Shown: positions 31,644 to 37,393 of the stretch, piece by piece | Layout: every line of letters starts with the position of its first letter | Position numbering within the stretch: the first letter of the stretch is position 1 | Source: Paecilomyces variotii | Lineage: Eukaryota | Strand: one strand, 5' to 3' | Assembly (NCBI GenBank): GCA_004022145.1 | Contig: RCNU01000019.1 | DNA: 37,393 nucleotides | Notes under the pieces: generated by a model | The model's input: only the letters and a program-made list of their open reading frames with translations | What the model was told of the DNA's origin: nothing | The model's database searches: none | Translations under genes and position numbers: made by a program

Positions 31644-34600
31644 TGTAGTAGGGAGAATTAGTGTAAAGAATGTAATTAGTTAAGAGGTTATATGCTTTTG
31701 CTTAAAGCCTTTAAAAAGTCTATAAGTAAAGCAGAAGAGGAGGAAGAATAAGAGAGAGATAATATCTTTCAGTTATTTAAAATAAAATAATTAGTTTTTC
31801 CTTTCTATTATTGTTTAATATTAGTTTAATATTAGACTATTATTAGTTTATTATATTAGTTTATAGCTAAAGCTTCTTCTCTAACTCTACTTTAAGCTCT
31901 AAAACTAAATACTCTTCTCTTCTTTCTTAATATCTACTTACTTAAAGACTCTATACTAAGTCTTAATATATCTTCTTATAATAAATTAAAGCTAAATATA
32001 AGGGGCATTAAAATATTAAATAAAAATAAGGGAGAAAAGAGAATTAGAAACTAAGATTAAGGCTAAAACTAAAAAAAGGGATAAAAAATAGTAAAAAAAT
32101 AAATAAAATAGCTAAAGAAGATTACTATTATAAATAAAAAGAGATAAATATATTTCTTAAATTAATAAAGATAGTAAATATAATATAAGGCAAAAATATA
32201 TATTAATAATAAGAGAAAAGAAAAATTATTAAATATAAAGAAGAGCTCAGCAAATATAAAAGAGAAATAAAAATTTAAAAAAAATAAGAAATTATTAAAT
32301 AAGAATTATTTATTAAAAAATAGAAGAATTTCTTATTATTATTTTTATTACTATTTTTTTAAAAAAATATAGAAAAAAATACTAATCTTTTTAATATTAG
32401 TTAAGATAGAAAAACTCTTAGCTTTTTAATATTACTAGGTTTAAAGATATAAATAACTCAGGTATTTAAAAATATAGGACTACTAATAATATAGCTAATC
32501 TAGATTATATTAGCTCTATAAATACTAATATCTAAAAATTCTAAAATACTATATTTTAAAAAAAATAATATTACTTATTATCTAAGGCTTTTTAAAAGGC
32601 TATATAAGGTAAATTAACTTTTAAAAAAGGAAAAAACTAAATAATTTATAAACTATTATAGCCTATCGGTATTATTTTAAATAAATACTTAATCTAAATA
32701 TAAAGAGAAGAATTATTTAAAATTAGTAAAAATAATTAAATAAAAATATATTTATTATAATAAATACTAAAAGAAATATAATATCTAATAGCTAAAAAGG
32801 TTTAAAAATATAAAATATAATAGCTCTAAGGATCTAAAAGAATATAATTAAGAATATTAAGCTATATTAAAAGCGCTAGTAACTTTAAATAAGTTAAGCT
32901 AATACTTATAAAAAGTTTAATATCTTTAAGAACTTCTAAAAAAGTTTAAATAATAAATAGTTTAAAAATTAAATATAGACTATTATACTCTATCTATTAT
33001 TAAATATACTAATTTTTATAAAAAAATAGTAAATAAGATAAGAATAATTAAAACTTTTTATTATCTTAATAATAACAAACTAGAGAAAGATTAAGATATA
33101 ATAGCTTTAATAAAGATAAAGATAATTAAAGAAAATAATATATAATTTTTTATTAAATTTAATAGAACCTATCTAGATAAGAATAAGAGTAAGATTAAAT
33201 AATAAAATATTAAAGTAAAGTTAATAAAATAGTTATAAATTAATTAATTAATAAAAGAGTTTAAGAAGTTAAAACTATATAATATATAATATATAAAAAG
33301 GCCCAATAATAATATACTTAATACTAATATAAATATATAAGCTAGGGCGCCTTTAGGATTTAACCTAACTAAAGGATTTAAAATACCTCTAAATTTATAT
33401 AACTTTTATTAAGCTCTTAATTATATTTAATCCTACTGCTTAGATTTAAAAAGCCTTTTAAATTAAAAGCTTATTTATTAAAAAGAAGACTATAAATTTT
33501 ATTTTAGACTAAAAAGATAAAATAGAGAAGTTATTTATCTTATATAGGGGAATATATTATAAAAGAAGATTATTAAATAAAGATTAAAAAAAGAATAAAA
33601 GAATATTAGCTTAATTAGATATAATATCTAATTAATTATACTAGGATAGCCTAAGAATAATTTAAGCTCTAAGAAAAAAGCTAGGAATATTATAAAAAAT
33701 TACTACTCTATTAATATAATAAGATTAGATAAGTCTTAAAAAATAAAAAAAAGATAAAGTAAGACTAAATAATTATATAAAAAAAAGCTATAAAAAATAA
33801 TTAAATAAAAACAAAGATTTTCTTTAGTTAAGATAAACTAATTTAGCAATTATTAGCCTCTAAATATAATTAAAAAAGTAAAAATAATTAAAAAAAAAAT
33901 AAAAAATATGCTTAAATAAAATAAAGATAAAAAGATTATTAAGATAAAGGAGAAGCAAAAATTAAAAAGGTTTAAAATTATAAATAAGCTAAAAGGAACT
34001 ACTAATATAATAGGGATTATAAACTAAATATTAAATATTAGAGTTTAAATATTAATTTAAGATCTTATTAGTCTATCTCCTAATTTATATAAGGCCTTAT
34101 TTACCTTATAACTATAATAGGTAATAATAAAGATAATATTCTATAATACTAAAGGAATATAGTTTAATGCCTTTATATTAAATATAAAGTATATAATAAA
34201 TAATATAGATTAGTATACTTGCGCATTCTTATAATTTAAGCCTCTTAATAAAGATAAAGTACTATATATAGCTATAACTCTAAAATTACTAATTAAAATT
34301 AATAGTTATAAAGAGATATAAAATATTATAATAAATAATAGAGCCAAAATTAATATAATATATAAAAATATAATAAATTACTATAAACTTATTATAAACT
34401 AAAAATTTAAAGATAATATAATATCAGCAGATAATAGGCAGACCTCTTTTATAGGTCTTTATAAAAAAGTGCCTATATAGGTAAAATCTTTTTATTATAA
34501 GGTCTCTTTTTTTATAATAAATAATAAGATTAACTATAATTATATTCTGGGACGGCCTTTTAAATATTAAGTATATTTATAATATATTACTCTATTAAAT

Positions 34601-37393
34601 AAGATAGTAAAGAGTATAATTTATTTTATAGACTAAAAAAATTAAGCTATTATTTAAATATTTTTAATAGATAACCTAAAAAATAAATTAAAAGAAGAGA
34701 TATTGCGCGATTTATTATCCTAAATATAAGAATTATTAAATTAAAGCTAAAAAAGAATAATAGATATTAGATTAAGAATAAAGAAGGCTTATAGGAGCTA
34801 TATTTAATAAACAATATTAGCTTTAAAATAAGCGAAGAAATTAAAAGTAAAAGAGTAGAGATATTTAAACCTACTAAATTAAATAAAGGAGTTAAAAAAT
34901 TATAGGAGTATAGACTATTTAAAAGATATAACTTTTTTATTATAAAAATAAAATATTCTATTAATATATAGTATAAAAAGAAATATAAAAAGGTTTATTT
35001 AATAAATATATTAAACAGACCTATAATAGCTCTAGAGAGATTATTAAGATAAAAAAAATTATTAAGAAGCGCTATTATAAAAACCCTTAAAAAAGTATAA
35101 AAAAAATATACAGAGGATTTACTAAATATATCTAGCTAAAAATATTAGATATTAAAAGAAGAATAAGATTAATACTAGATTATCTAAAAAATCTTATTAT
35201 AAATAATAATTTATAGCTAAGAGAGAAAAAACTATTAATAAAGGTACTTTTTACCTAAAAAATAGTCTTTATCTAAACCTTTAAAAAGATTAAATAAATA
35301 TACCTAGAAGTTATACCTCTAATTATTATTTAGACTATAGATTATAAACTATAATAGGCAAAGAGCTTCCTAATATTAAAAGCATTCTATAATATAATAT
35401 AAAAAATAATAAAAAAAAGGATAAATATAAGGATCTTTAAATATAATTAAGGACTCTACTAAAATCTATAGTTCTTAATAAAAAAGAAAAATAATAAATA
35501 TTAGCTAATTAATATAGTTATAAAAGTTAATTAAGTAATAATATAAAATATTAATCTACCCCCTTTAATTAATAAATTCTTAAAAGAGTTTAATAAAATA
35601 CTAATATTAATACTTATAGACTTATTCTCTAGATATAATTAGTTAGAATTAGCTAAAAAATTATAGGACTTAACAGCTTTCTATATATTAGAAATTAGTT
35701 TAGTTTATTAAGCCAGATTATTCTAAGGATAAATAAATATAATACAAGAGTTTATATAAAGAATTATATAAGTATTAGCAGATAATATTCTTAATATCTA
35801 TAATATATTTCTAGATAATATACTAATATAAGAACTTAAGACTAATTATAGGAGGGAAGAAACACTGCCAAAAATTAAAAGGTTTATATTTAAATATATT
35901 CAGAATATTAATAAAGTACTATATAATCTTAAACTTATAGGTTTAATAATTATTAGGAAGAAATTATAATTTATAGTATTAGAAATTAAAATAATAGGCT
36001 ATATATATAATACTAAGGGGAAATATCCTAAGTTAGTTAAAATAATTAAAATCTTAAAATAATTATTTTATTAGAACTTATAGAAAATAAGAGAATTTCT
36101 AAGGATTATAGTCTATTATTAGATATAAATTAAAAAATATATTATTAAAGCTAAGCTAATATACTTAATATTAAGAAAAAAATAAGACTTCTTTTAAGAG
36201 CTAAAATAATAAAAAATAATAAATACTTTAAAAATAGCCCTAATAATAACATTAATATTTAAGCTAATTAACTATAAAAAGAAAGGTATAATTATTATTA
36301 ATATTAATACCAGTAATAATAAATAGAAGATATAATTTACTTAAAAAAAGAAAAAGTTTAATAAGAGACACCTAGCCAGATATAAAAGTAGAATATAGAT
36401 ATAGATAGAGAGATAATATAATAAAAAAAAACTAGAGTATAGGGCAGTACTAAAGACACTTCAGAAATTCTAAGTATACCTATATAATATATATTTTTAA
36501 CTAGAGATAGATATAAAAACTCTAATTATATAATTAAATAAAATAGCTATAAACTTCTTTAAGTTAATAATTATTTAGTAGATTATTTAGATTTAGCTAT
36601 TTAACTTTAATATTATCTATATATTAGGGAAAAAGAACTTAATTATAGATAGATTATCTTAGAAGCTAATAATAAAGTAAGACTTAAAAGAGGTAAAAAA
36701 TAATAATATAGAGAAGTTCCTAGACCTATAATTTTATATAGTCTATTATACTAATATATAAGAAGTAAAATTAAATAGTATCTCTTAATTAACGCCTATA
36801 TTATATTAATTAGAAAAGTCTTTACTAATTATAAAATAGTTATAAATTATAATAAAACTAGATAATATAAATTAAGAATAATATGCTAAGTTTAAAAAGA
36901 AGGCTATAAAGTATATAATATAAGATAGTATCCTTTTCTGGAGAGTATAATAAAATTAGCCTTATTAAATAATTATTAATAATAAAAGAAAGTAAAAAGA
37001 GATCCTTATTGCCTTTTATAAAGAATATAGATATTAGAAATATAAAGCAATATATAAGAAAATAGCTGATTAATATTAGTAAAAAGGCTTATATAAGTAT
37101 ATTATTAAATAGGTAAAGATATATAATAAATATTAGAAGGCTAATAAAAAATATATAAAAGAAGCTTTATAGTTAATATTTATTCTACTAAAGAGATTAA
37201 AGCTATATTTAAATATCTATAAGATTATACTGTCTAATAAGAGAAAGATTTATATTATTATATTTTAAGATAACTTTAGCTAAATTAAATATAGAGCATT
37301 TAATAGCCTTACTTTAAAAGCTATTACTAAGTTTTTATAAAAAGACTAGATTTATTATTAAAAAATAATAGAGATTTTTATTAATAATAAAGA
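31644..37393 (+). mobile_element. RIP-inactivated Ty3/Gypsy LTR retrotransposon (putative 5' LTR ~31650-31820, then gag, protease, RT, RNase H, integrase; continues beyond the window)
   Basis: Allowing for C>T/G>A changes: zinc-knuckle-like YC...H...C (~33435-33495); protease INNRAKINII (D-x-G-A-E-I-N, ~34330-34360); RT NLPPL...IDLFSRYN, DLTAF, FLDN = FLDD (35808-35819), GEETLP; RNase H NTS = DAS (36306-36314), KRHLARY, KKLEYRAVLKTLQKF, IDRLS = ADGLS; integrase zinc-binding region from ~37000. The order RT-RH-IN indicates Gypsy. LTR limits are approximate. Confidence 0.9.

Overview
Filamentous ascomycete (spliceosomal introns, RIP signatures) window with three zones. (1) 1-11 kb, host-like genes: the 3' end of an NAD(P)-binding/epimerase-like gene, a GH11 xylanase with a GC-AG intron, a PhyH dioxygenase pseudogene, an ACC deaminase, a Zn2Cys6 transcription factor, a spliced hypothetical gene and a 5'-truncated sugar porter. 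(2) ~11-30.5 kb, accessory mosaic: scrambled gene fragments, repeats, RIP-decayed genes, and one intact intronless 882-aa tyrosine recombinase (R-K-H-R-H-Y) with C-terminal zinc fingers that does not look like a typical Starship captain or Crypton. A 16-20 bp palindrome, (AA)TCTCACCATGGTGAGA(TT), recurs about 9 times between 20.7 and 30.5 kb on both sides of this gene, including RIP-mutated copies and copies inside introns. Recombinase plus palindrome is the best candidate for an undescribed mobile or recombination system. (3) ~30.4 kb to the end, very AT-rich RIP-mutated DNA containing a Ty3/Gypsy LTR retrotransposon (PR-RT-RNaseH-IN) that runs off the window. All family assignments come from manual motif recognition; no database searches were run.
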